Below, one piece after another: positions 42,689 through 51,378 of a DNA stretch of 56,379 nucleotides. Numbering within the stretch: the stretch's first letter is position 1; the number at the start of each line of letters is the position of its first letter. Below the pieces are notes generated by a model. The model did no database searches and was not told where the DNA came from. It worked only from the letters and a program-made list of their open reading frames with translations. Source of the stretch: an uncultured Synergistales bacterium (lineage in GTDB: Bacteria; Synergistota; Synergistia; Synergistales; Aminobacteriaceae); the NCBI GenBank assembly GCA_937897575.1, contig CALCQG010000168.1:1-56379 (forward strand), given 5' to 3'. Both the position numbers and the translations under genes were made by a program.

Positions 42689-45001
42689 CTACTCGGTCCT
42701 GATGGGAATCCGCGGTGACTCGGCCGTCTCTTTCTGGACGGCCTTCAATGCCTGATAGACCTTCTCGGGGGTGATCGGCAGATCCGTTATCCGAATACCA
42801 CACGCATTCTCTATGGCATTCGCTATTGCAGGCGCCGTAGGGATGAGCGTGGGTTCTCCCACACCTTTCGCGCCGTACGGCCCGATCGGATCGTTGGTCT
42901 CGACGATGATGCTCTGAACTTCCGGCATATCGGCGATGGTCATGAGGGTGTACCCATGCAGCCCCTTGCTCAGCGGTTGTCCCTTATCGAACTGCATGTT
43001 CTCGTAGAGGCACCAACCGACTCCCTGCGCCACACCACCCGTGATTTGTCCCTGAAGCCCCAGGGTGTTTATTGCCTTTCCCACATCGTGCGCTGCGACT
43101 ACACGGAGCACCTTGACCTTGCCCGTAACAGTATCCACTTCGACTTCGACAGCGTGCGCTCCATAGGTGTATGCGCTGGAGTAATCTCCGTAGAACTCGC
43201 TGTCAGAGCCTTCTGTGGGTGGATCGTAGGTTATGTAGGCCGTCAACGGCACTCCGGCATTGCTCCGTATCGCTTTCTGCGCTACTTCTTTCAGAGAGAG
43301 TGTCAGATTCTCGTCTTCCGAGCTGTGTATCACTCCGTTCTCCATGGTAAGCGACTGAACAGGGTGTCCGGTCATATTCGCTGCCAGATCCAGAACCTGT
43401 GTCTTAACCTGCTGGGCGGCAAGCTGGACCGCTTTGCCTCCGACCGTTGTGACGCGACTCGAATATGTCCCGAGACAGAATGGGCTCACATCCGTATCGA
43501 TTGGCATGAGGGTTATGGTATCGATCGGTACCCCCAGCGTCTCAGCAGCAATCTGTGCAAAAACAGTCTTCGAACCCTGTCCTAAATCTGCTTCGCCGGA
43601 AAAGACAAATACATTGCCGTCCTCATGAATGCGAATCATGGCGGATGAGCCATCAAACTTCTCGCCACTCCGATTTCCAGAGACATGAGTCATGCACGCC
43701 ACACCTATGCCGCGCCGAATCCGACCGCCTTGGTCGACGGCGGGGAGACGGTCTCTTTTGATCGCCTCCGAGGCTTTTTCGACGCACTCAGACAATCCGC
43801 AACTTCGTATCTTCCATTTATGAAGGGTGACGTCTCCCTGTCGGATAGCGTTTTTCAGACGCACCTCCACCGGGTCAAGGCCGATCTCTCTGCAGCACAT
43901 ATCTATAAAGGATTCCAGGGCAAAGTGCATCTGACTGTTGCCATAGCCCCGAAAACCACTTGTAGGGATGAGGTTCGTATAAACAAGATAGGCATCCGCT
44001 TTGCTTGATTTAAAACGATAAAGACAGTCGGTTCTCATGGCCATATTTAGGAGAACCTTGGGAGCGGCCCAAGAGTAGGCACCGTTGTCCGCAATGATTT
44101 TCGATTCTTTGCAGACCATCGTGCCGTCTTTCATCATTCCAAGCTTCACGTGCATGCGAGGCGCAACTCTGGGACGTGTCGTCAACTGTTCTTCTTCCCG
44201 AGTGAGCACTATCTTTACCGGTTGTCCCGCTTTCTGCGCCAGAATCGCCGCGATAGGATGAAAATTTCTCAGCCATATCTTCGCGCCAAATCCTCCTCCT
44301 ACGTAGGGGGATTTCAACGTAATCCGGCTGGGGTCAATTCCGAGAGCACGGGCCAACTCGTTACGACCTTGGAACATGGCCTGGAGCCCCGTCCACATGG
44401 TCAGGCGACCGTCGCTGCCCCACCAAGCCACTGCGCCGAAGGGCTCGAGATACAAACCGGAAACTCGGTGCGTACTGAATTCATGCTCGAAAACATAGTC
44501 GCACGATGCGAAATCCGCCTCAACATTCCCCCTGCTCAGGTGGTACTCTTTTGCTATGTTATTTTTAGCGTTCTCGTGGACCAGAGGGGCTCCCGGCTTC
44601 ATCGCAGTCTCAGGATCATCCACAACAGGGAGAAGCTCATATTCGACCTCAATACGGCTTATGGCCTCTTCGGCAATATCCTCTGTGTCGGCCGCAACAG
44701 CCGCTACTTCGTCGCCGACATATCGAACCTTGTCGACAGCTAAGACATCCACATCAGGAATCTCCATGCCGAACTTGCGCCCCGGGGTGTCCTTTGCAGT
44801 GATGATGGCTTTTACACCAGGTACTGCCTCCGCTTTGGATGTATCGATGTGAAGGATCCGGGCATGGGGATGAGGCGACCGAAGGATCTTCCCATAGAGC
44901 AGATTCGGGAACTCCATGTCGTCAAGATATTTGGCTGTTCCGGTGACCTTCTCTTTAGCATCGATAAAAACCTGTTTAACTCCAAGATTAGTCGACTTCA
45001 T
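42689..45001 (-). CDS. Xanthine dehydrogenase family molybdopterin-binding (large) subunit
   Basis: KVTGTAKY, GGGFGAK, FRGYG, DLGQG, GTYSSRVT, GGVAQG and AKGVGEP (catalytic Glu) motifs. Confidence 0.93.
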   Translation of the reverse strand: MKSTNLGVKQVFIDAKEKVTGTAKYLDDMEFPNLLYGKILRSPHPHARILHIDTSKAEAVPGVKAIITAKDTPGRKFGMEIPDVDVLAVDKVRYVGDEVAAVAADTEDIAEEAISRIEVEYELLPVVDDPETAMKPGAPLVHENAKNNIAKEYHLSRGNVEADFASCDYVFEHEFSTHRVSGLYLEPFGAVAWWGSDGRLTMWTGLQAMFQGRNELARALGIDPSRITLKSPYVGGGFGAKIWLRNFHPIAAILAQKAGQPVKIVLTREEEQLTTRPRVAPRMHVKLGMMKDGTMVCKESKIIADNGAYSWAAPKVLLNMAMRTDCLYRFKSSKADAYLVYTNLIPTSGFRGYGNSQMHFALESFIDMCCREIGLDPVEVRLKNAIRQGDVTLHKWKIRSCGLSECVEKASEAIKRDRLPAVDQGGRIRRGIGVACMTHVSGNRSGEKFDGSSAMIRIHEDGNVFVFSGEADLGQGSKTVFAQIAAETLGVPIDTITLMPIDTDVSPFCLGTYSSRVTTVGGKAVQLAAQQVKTQVLDLAANMTGHPVQSLTMENGVIHSSEDENLTLSLKEVAQKAIRSNAGVPLTAYITYDPPTEGSDSEFYGDYSSAYTYGAHAVEVEVDTVTGKVKVLRVVAAHDVGKAINTLGLQGQITGGVAQGVGWCLYENMQFDKGQPLSKGLHGYTLMTIADMPEVQSIIVETNDPIGPYGAKGVGEPTLIPTAPAIANAIENACGIRITDLPITPEKVYQALKAVQKETAESPRIPIRTE

Positions 45002-45019
45002 CGTGAAAAACCTCCCACA

Positions 45020-45913
45020 CTATTCTCGATCTTTGTATGAGGACAATTTTTCCAGGGAGAAAGGCATTGCTTTTCCTCGCCATCGCAGCTCCATACGTCC
45101 AGCTACAAATAAAACCGCACCCTCGATCATATCCCGCGAGCATAACTCAGAAGCCCTTTCAGCACCGGACATCAGCGCGTGCGCTATCGCTTCGTCACTC
45201 ATATTCCCTATTGCACGCGTTACGCTTAATCCTCGAATGTCAGTGTCATAATCTATCTCTTCGGCTAAACACTTTTGCACTGCGGGGTCTTGGACATCGC
45301 ATGAGTTGGCAATGGAAGTCGCGGCGGCATCAGCCAACGCGCTGCTTTTTGCCATAACTGTCACGGCCGATGCCACCCCCCGTGTAAGACTCCGCCCTCC
45401 GAAACCACTTGTCGCGACCCCAGTGATACCGCTTTCGTACGGAATGACCAATCTGTACGTAGGAATACCGTTAGCGAGATCAGAGACAATGCCAACCCGA
45501 ATCTCTTTTCTTGTTTGCGACAACCTGAAGGCTATGTCTCCACCGTTATTCGCCATGGCATATTCCGCGCCGGCCTGGGCCATTTCTCCTACCGCCAAAT
45601 CTGAAAGTGTTCCCGCAACAGCTGCCATAGCAGTAAAATCGTTTTCTCCGAGCGCCCGGACCGCATGAATCATCATCTGAAGGACATGAGGATACGCCGT
45701 ATCTTTTCCCTCATGAAACGGGACCATCTTCTTTGCTGCTGGCAGCATAGTCGTTAACGTTTCAAAATGGTGCAAGACGCTTTTCGCGCCGAGGTAGGCA
45801 AGAGCCGTATCCGGACCACCATTGCGCGCAGCCTCAAGGACCATGGTGACAGGGCCATACTCTAATAATAGAGCGCCCTCTTTCAGCACTGTAGCGTACA
45901 GGCGAATATCCAT
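45020..45913 (-). CDS. UPF0280 / ApbE-like protein (putative cytoplasmic flavin transferase)
   Basis: YGP, TAMAAVAG, NNGGDIA, ATSGFGGRSLTRG and ADAAATSIAN motifs; no signal peptide. Confidence 0.85.
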   Translation of the reverse strand: MDIRLYATVLKEGALLLEYGPVTMVLEAARNGGPDTALAYLGAKSVLHHFETLTTMLPAAKKMVPFHEGKDTAYPHVLQMMIHAVRALGENDFTAMAAVAGTLSDLAVGEMAQAGAEYAMANNGGDIAFRLSQTRKEIRVGIVSDLANGIPTYRLVIPYESGITGVATSGFGGRSLTRGVASAVTVMAKSSALADAAATSIANSCDVQDPAVQKCLAEEIDYDTDIRGLSVTRAIGNMSDEAIAHALMSGAERASELCSRDMIEGAVLFVAGRMELRWRGKAMPFSLEKLSSYKDRE

Positions 45914-45923
45914 CTCTGCTTTG

Positions 45924-45961
45924 AAAAAGCATGAGTACGCACTTCAAGTGCGTACTCATGC
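45924..45961 (-). terminator. Intra-cluster terminator-like hairpin after the TAXI binding-protein gene
   Basis: GCATGAGTACGCACTT / AAGTGCGTACTCATGC perfect inverted repeat followed by TTTTT on the minus strand. Confidence 0.8.
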
Positions 45962-45976
45962 GCTTTTCGCGTGTAC

Positions 45977-46975
45977 TTACTTCGCGCTCTTCTCCGCAAA
46001 GTATTTTTCCGCACCCGGGTGGAGCGGTGCGGGGGCTACATCGTGCAGAGATTCGAGCGTCAGATCTTTCAGAGAGCTATGGATACTCTTGAAATACTCG
46101 AAGTTCTCGTCGATCGCCTTAACAACCGCGTACGCGGCATCGTCCGAAAGATCGGCGTTCGTGAATAGGACAACGGTCGCACCGACGGTGGGGACATCCG
46201 CTGTCAGGAAGTTGTACTTATCCTTTGGGATCACCGTTGAATAGGTTCCCAATTTGTCATTCACCGTCTTCTGAGCACCCTCCGACATCCCAAACAGATT
46301 CAAGCCCACGTTCGTCGAAATATCGACGACATGGCTGGAAGGGACCTGGATAACGTTGCTGTAGGCCTGGATCTTGCCATCTCTCATCAGATCGAGCGAG
46401 GCCCCCATGGACATGAAGTCCGCATTTCCGCCCCACTTTTTAAGGTCATCGTAGGTTATACCGTAGGCAGCGAGCACTTCGCGTCCAACGATTTCCATAA
46501 AGGAGTCCTTCGTATTGAAATTCACCTTCAAGGGGAACTGCTTTTCCTTCAGCTGTTCGAAGCTTTCCACCCCGCTGTCCCGACGTACGATGAAATGTTC
46601 CACTGCCTCTTTGTAGAGGACACAGAGTGCACGGAGATTGTCATACTTCTCTTTGAAGGGAGGAACACCTTCCATCCCCATCTTCAGAAGCTGCGCGTGG
46701 GCTATACCAAGCTCAATCTTTCCTCGGGAGACCAGTGCAAGGTTAGCCGCTTCCTGTCCGACTTCATACGCCGTGTTCGAACCAGGGAAGCTTCTGCGTA
46801 TAACCTCTCCTACACCTTCGCCGATCGCCGCCCATGCTCCGCCGATCGAACCACCGCATATGGACAGGTTGTACTTCTCAGCGGCTTGCCCCACCGCGGC
46901 GCTCATGCATCCCACACCCACAAACACGGCAAGAACAGACAACATTACGAACTTCACGCAAATCTTTTTCATCAT
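45977..46975 (-). CDS. TAXI family TRAP solute-binding protein
   Basis: Signal peptide; GGSIGGAW, YKEAVEH, IPKDKY and C-terminal APLHPGAEKYF. Confidence 0.9.
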   Translation of the reverse strand: MMKKICVKFVMLSVLAVFVGVGCMSAAVGQAAEKYNLSICGGSIGGAWAAIGEGVGEVIRRSFPGSNTAYEVGQEAANLALVSRGKIELGIAHAQLLKMGMEGVPPFKEKYDNLRALCVLYKEAVEHFIVRRDSGVESFEQLKEKQFPLKVNFNTKDSFMEIVGREVLAAYGITYDDLKKWGGNADFMSMGASLDLMRDGKIQAYSNVIQVPSSHVVDISTNVGLNLFGMSEGAQKTVNDKLGTYSTVIPKDKYNFLTADVPTVGATVVLFTNADLSDDAAYAVVKAIDENFEYFKSIHSSLKDLTLESLHDVAPAPLHPGAEKYFAEKSAK

Positions 46976-47121
46976 TTCGACCCCTCTCTTTTGTCAAAAG
47001 AAATCACCACTTTGAATCGTCAGCGCAACCATTCGGGACAATAAACTGAGGGTTTTAAACGGCATCGGTGGACTGTTTGCCTTACCCGCCCCCTTTCATT
47101 GAATAAAAAGAGATTCGCGGA

Positions 47122-48648
47122 TCAGTCTTTTTTCTTCGCGTAGTGTTGGTATCGTCCCTCTTCATAAACTTCATCGAGTGTTCGCATTGCATGAACATGT
47201 CCCTTGATTTTCCTGTACTCATCCACTGTCATCGTATATTCGATCGGCGCGACGACGGCAGGCGAAGGAGTATACGTAAACGGCCTATCCACCATCTTTT
47301 CCACATCGGCAAGGAACGTGATTCCCCCGCCGGGCATCAGGAACGTAGGGGCTCCTGCTATTGAAAGAACCGCATCTCCTCTATGGACTGCCTTCGTAAT
47401 CTGTATGGGATCCGGGGTTACGCCTGCTCTTGCACTGCCTCCCACTCCTGCGTAATACATCGCAGACACTCTGCTGTCCTCGCAAGAATCAGCGGCCATT
47501 TTCCTGAATTCCTCAAGTTCTTTTGGTATTGAGATCTGGAAAGGCTGCCCTTTTTCGTCAACTTCAAAAAGAGCAATCTGCCGCCACGTTGTTTCGGCGA
47601 CAAGAATCTTCAGCCCAGGATGCGCAATGGACATGTCAATATCTTTGATTGCCTCAATCGGATTTTGAATCGCGGTTCCGCCCCAACCATCCCCATGATC
47701 GAAGAAATACCGCCCTGGAGTGGCAAATCTGCCGACAGGAGTGACCCCGCTATAGGCCTTCAATTCGGCTCCTGCCGGATGCTTTGTGAAGAGTCCTGTA
47801 ATATGGTGATCGATAATGATCGCTTCATCCACAAGAGGCGCAAGGGATTTTGCAAACAGGCCACAGCAAGCTCCACCGCATCCTACGCGCATTTTTTCAT
47901 CCACGATGCCGTTGATGACCGGATGATGGCCGACTTGGATCTCCAACGTCGCACCTTTTTCAACAGTGAATTTTATCCGCTCCTGATTACCTATGGCGGA
48001 CATAGCTTTCACAACGTACATGCCATCCGGGCCTTTGACCTTGTTCACCCCGCCAAGTATGAGAATCTGTGATCCGTACTGTTCCACCGATACGGAGCCC
48101 ACCGGTTTCCCTTCGTACTTGACAGCGGCCCCCTCGTCGCCGATATGGGCGTTCGTGTCGATCTTCACCATCATGGAACTGTAGGAAATAGGCGCCTCTG
48201 TCACAACCGTGACGACATCGATATCGTCCCTCTTCTGCGTCACAATATAAGGTGCCGGTTTATAATCCGGATAGCCCGCTCCTGCGCCAACAGCCGAGAT
48301 GACCGGATAGGAGATCGCAACTTGTTTCCTGGAGGGTTCGCCATCGCTGGGGATCTGCAGAGGCCGATTCCGGACAAGTTCCCCTGAATGATTCGAAAAA
48401 CGCTTGCAGGCGCCATACTTCCCCTCAGGGATGAGGCACTTCACGCCGCAATTCTTACAGAGGAGCTTCACCTCTGTTTCAGCAGTCTCATGTATCGCAT
48501 CAAATTTGCAGTATTTTACGCAGGAGAGACAGTTCACGCAGTCACCGGCAAGGTATGCTTTCTTATCCCGCATCTCCAAGGCGCCCATGGGGCACACCTT
48601 CGTGCATACCGTGCAGCCAACGCATTTTCCCTTATCGACGGATATCAT
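47122..48648 (-). CDS. 6-hydroxynicotinate reductase (Hnr) homologue
   Basis: N-terminal 2x[4Fe-4S]; CxxCxxxC..GAC.R; GAG..YPDYKPAPYIV, VTVVTEAPISYS, MRVGCG, DHHITGL, TPGRYF, GGSARAGV, PGGGI and VAPIEYTM match the Eubacterium barkeri Hnr family as I recall it. Confidence 0.88.
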   Translation of the reverse strand: MISVDKGKCVGCTVCTKVCPMGALEMRDKKAYLAGDCVNCLSCVKYCKFDAIHETAETEVKLLCKNCGVKCLIPEGKYGACKRFSNHSGELVRNRPLQIPSDGEPSRKQVAISYPVISAVGAGAGYPDYKPAPYIVTQKRDDIDVVTVVTEAPISYSSMMVKIDTNAHIGDEGAAVKYEGKPVGSVSVEQYGSQILILGGVNKVKGPDGMYVVKAMSAIGNQERIKFTVEKGATLEIQVGHHPVINGIVDEKMRVGCGGACCGLFAKSLAPLVDEAIIIDHHITGLFTKHPAGAELKAYSGVTPVGRFATPGRYFFDHGDGWGGTAIQNPIEAIKDIDMSIAHPGLKILVAETTWRQIALFEVDEKGQPFQISIPKELEEFRKMAADSCEDSRVSAMYYAGVGGSARAGVTPDPIQITKAVHRGDAVLSIAGAPTFLMPGGGITFLADVEKMVDRPFTYTPSPAVVAPIEYTMTVDEYRKIKGHVHAMRTLDEVYEEGRYQHYAKKKD

Positions 48649-48700
48649 TTTATTCTCTCCTTCCGGGCTCCCATCAAAGCGGTATGAAACATTTTGGAAG

Positions 48701-49951
48701 TTATATCTTCCCCGCTTTTCTAGCCCCAAGAATCGTCAGCAGGCGCTGCTGCTCGTTGTTTACGATCATGACTCCTTCGTCGACGCCCATGCCCGGCTTC
48801 CCCGCCATGGCGAACGGTTTGGTTGCAACTGCGAGATTGACGCAGACCAAGGCGGACTTGTCCGTCTCGTTGCATGTCCCGCCCTGGTATGCCAGAACAC
48901 CGTGTTTCTTACAGTACAGCACAGCCTCGACGATATTGTTAATGCCTCCGAGGTCAATGGTCTTTACCTGAACCATATCTGCGCCCTTCGCGTCGACCCA
49001 CTGAACGATCTCTTCATAGGTGTTCGCATATTCGTCGATGATCAGCTTCAGCTTTGAGCCGGCCTCGTCCAATTTTCTGCGAAGATACTTCATCCCCTCG
49101 AGCTGTTTGTCATTGCTCTTGAGGTCGATGGGCATTTCTATGAACACCTCGTACGGCGAGCACGCTTCTTCGACTTTAAGGAGGTACTCCACAACCTTGT
49201 CAAGATCGTCATTGAAGGCCTTTCCCATACACCCGTACACGTCATACCGCATCACTGGCTTATAGTCCGGGGTGCCAATCTCTTGAATGCGGTTTTTCAC
49301 CCATTTCACCCATTTCAGGAAGATTTCGCCGTCCTTGCCGAGTTTTTCCTCGACATTATTGATAAGACCGTGGGGCATCATACCTACTTTCTTGAGGATC
49401 ATCTTGTCGACGTTTGTGTACCGTTCGTCGCCAGACTGAGCGTTGATCCGGACAGGCGTGAGGTCAAGAGGGAGCTTGTACTCCTTCATGATGACTTCAG
49501 TCATGGTGCACTTGTTCGTCTTGGCAACCGTCTCAAGCACTGCTTGGGTCACACCGTACCGTATAGAAGCGGGCAGCTGATGACCGTCGAAGAGCTTCTT
49601 ATCGAACTGCTCCGCTGTAGCCTTGAACTCGGTGATATCCTTTCCCTCAAAATAGGGAACAACATATTTCTCAATGACATCCATCAGGGCTTTCCCAGTG
49701 TTCGGAACCTCCCTACCACCGCTCGCCGCATACTGGGCAACAGAACAGTCACCGTACGCTATCTCGCCGTTTTCCAGAACGAACATGACGGATACTGCCA
49801 CTCCCGGCTGGCGTATCGTTTTGAAACCCGCAGTCAGAGGTTCTCCCTTGTATATGAAACCGTCAGATTTGGCTCCAGCCTTTATAGCCTCTTTGTCATC
49901 CATATAGAACCCCGTCATACACTCACAGCACAGTACTTTTTTCACCTTCAT
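48701..49951 (-). CDS. Methylaspartate ammonia-lyase homologue with an altered substrate pocket
   Basis: GFYMDD, GDC..QY, AQSGDERY, PHGLINN, DVYG, IE.P, DEYANT, QVKTIDLGG, YQGGTCNET and KPGMGVDEG motifs. Confidence 0.9.
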   Translation of the reverse strand: MKVKKVLCCECMTGFYMDDKEAIKAGAKSDGFIYKGEPLTAGFKTIRQPGVAVSVMFVLENGEIAYGDCSVAQYAASGGREVPNTGKALMDVIEKYVVPYFEGKDITEFKATAEQFDKKLFDGHQLPASIRYGVTQAVLETVAKTNKCTMTEVIMKEYKLPLDLTPVRINAQSGDERYTNVDKMILKKVGMMPHGLINNVEEKLGKDGEIFLKWVKWVKNRIQEIGTPDYKPVMRYDVYGCMGKAFNDDLDKVVEYLLKVEEACSPYEVFIEMPIDLKSNDKQLEGMKYLRRKLDEAGSKLKLIIDEYANTYEEIVQWVDAKGADMVQVKTIDLGGINNIVEAVLYCKKHGVLAYQGGTCNETDKSALVCVNLAVATKPFAMAGKPGMGVDEGVMIVNNEQQRLLTILGARKAGKI

Positions 49952-50009
49952 CGTATATTCCCTCCGTTAATTGTTTAGATTTATATTTGGGCCCTCTTGT
50001 GCAGTTTTT

Positions 50010-51359
50010 CTATCGAAGAACTTTACCGTCCTTTGCCACGAGCTTCCCGCCGACATAAACCCTCTCTACGTTTTTGATCTCGGGGTAGGACGTGACAAGA
50101 ATGTCCGCTCCGAACCCTTTTTTCAGCTGGCCTAGATTTGGCGCAATCAACGGCAGAGCCTCTGTCACTTTTGTGGTTCCCTGAGCAACCGCCTTCGCGA
50201 AACCAACCAATTTCTTCTCCAAGCTGGCATGCTGGATTCCTTCCAACATGGAATCGCTCGCCCCAGCTGCAAAATCCGTCGAAATGATGTCCACCAAGTC
50301 GTTTTCATAGAAGGCAAAGAGGTTCTCGGGAGTCGCAACAAGCTTTTTGGCACCGAAGGGATCATGCACTGCTGCGTCGAGAATGACGCCGGGGAACTGC
50401 TTGAGGTACTTTCCATTTTCAACGCACTCATCCTTTGTGAAAAGATAGTTCGAGTGACAAGCGATAAGTGTGTTCAGCCCCATCTTCGCGATTTCATGGA
50501 CGATATATTTTGACGTGGGTGCATTGTGGATCATCAACGGCATGTTATATTTCTTTGCAAGATCTGCCGCCTCACGATAACCGTCCAATGCGACCTTGAC
50601 GGAAGAGAGGGTCGTCTTGTATACGATATCCCTCGTCTCCTCAGGTGTCAGGAAATCGTCCAGTTTATGTTCTTTTAGAGCTGCGGCAACACGGTCTCTG
50701 TCATAGTAACTTTCTTCTATGTATCGTCCAAGCACGGACAACTTCATTGCCCGTGCCTGAAGGTAGTCAATATCCTTTCCTTTCAGAGCTTTAACGGCTC
50801 TCGGAATATAAAGATAATCCTGACCGCCACCACCCAGAGTATGCCCTCCACCGACCTCTCCTATACACACAGCGCCCTCGGACAGCATTTTCTCGACTGT
50901 CATGGTGCGGTGTTCTTCTTTCAATCCTTTTCCGTCACAGAGATCAGCCGCCTTGAGATTAATCGGTGCGTGCGTCGTAGCAGCCTTTATGCGAATGGGA
51001 TGATGCCGCTGCGTCTCTTTGACCTCATCCATCGTGACGAAACCGTCGATATTAAGAACCGTCGTATGTCCCTGCAGAAGGCTGCGATCAAGGTGGTTCA
51101 TAATAAAATCGCGTCCGTAGTTCTCGCAACCACTGGCGAACATCGGGCCAAAGGTGATGCCGTGTTGGTGATGATTGATCATTCCGGGCAGAACACACTT
51201 TCCGGTACAATCAATGACCTCCTCCGCATATGCATCGAGCGACGGGTCCAGACTCTGCTCCACGCCCACTATCGTGTCATCAACGACGACGACTGCGCCG
51301 TTTTCGTACATCGTCTTCCCGTCTCCCGTAACCACTACGCCGTTCTTGAAAATCTTCAC
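50010..51359 (-). CDS. Metal-dependent amidohydrolase (putative lactamase)
   Basis: PGMINHHQHG (HxH), GEVG, IHNAP, CHSN, STDF and GQLKKGFGADI amidohydrolase-fold motifs. Confidence 0.82.
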   Translation of the reverse strand: MKIFKNGVVVTGDGKTMYENGAVVVVDDTIVGVEQSLDPSLDAYAEEVIDCTGKCVLPGMINHHQHGITFGPMFASGCENYGRDFIMNHLDRSLLQGHTTVLNIDGFVTMDEVKETQRHHPIRIKAATTHAPINLKAADLCDGKGLKEEHRTMTVEKMLSEGAVCIGEVGGGHTLGGGGQDYLYIPRAVKALKGKDIDYLQARAMKLSVLGRYIEESYYDRDRVAAALKEHKLDDFLTPEETRDIVYKTTLSSVKVALDGYREAADLAKKYNMPLMIHNAPTSKYIVHEIAKMGLNTLIACHSNYLFTKDECVENGKYLKQFPGVILDAAVHDPFGAKKLVATPENLFAFYENDLVDIISTDFAAGASDSMLEGIQHASLEKKLVGFAKAVAQGTTKVTEALPLIAPNLGQLKKGFGADILVTSYPEIKNVERVYVGGKLVAKDGKVLR

Positions 51360-51378
51360 GCCAGGTCCCTCCCGTGTT

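Noticed and set aside
42689..45001. 4-hydroxybenzoyl-CoA reductase
   Set aside because: Despite some motif similarity, the FAD subunit lacks the extra 4Fe-4S insert and the cluster has no aromatic CoA ligase or benzoyl-CoA pathway genes.
39382..51359. Canonical E. barkeri nicotinate fermentation cluster
   Set aside because: It lacks hgd, hmd, mgm, mii, dmdAB and dml; the Mo subunit is unsplit; and the MAL, fumarase and CitDEF genes have no role in that pathway.
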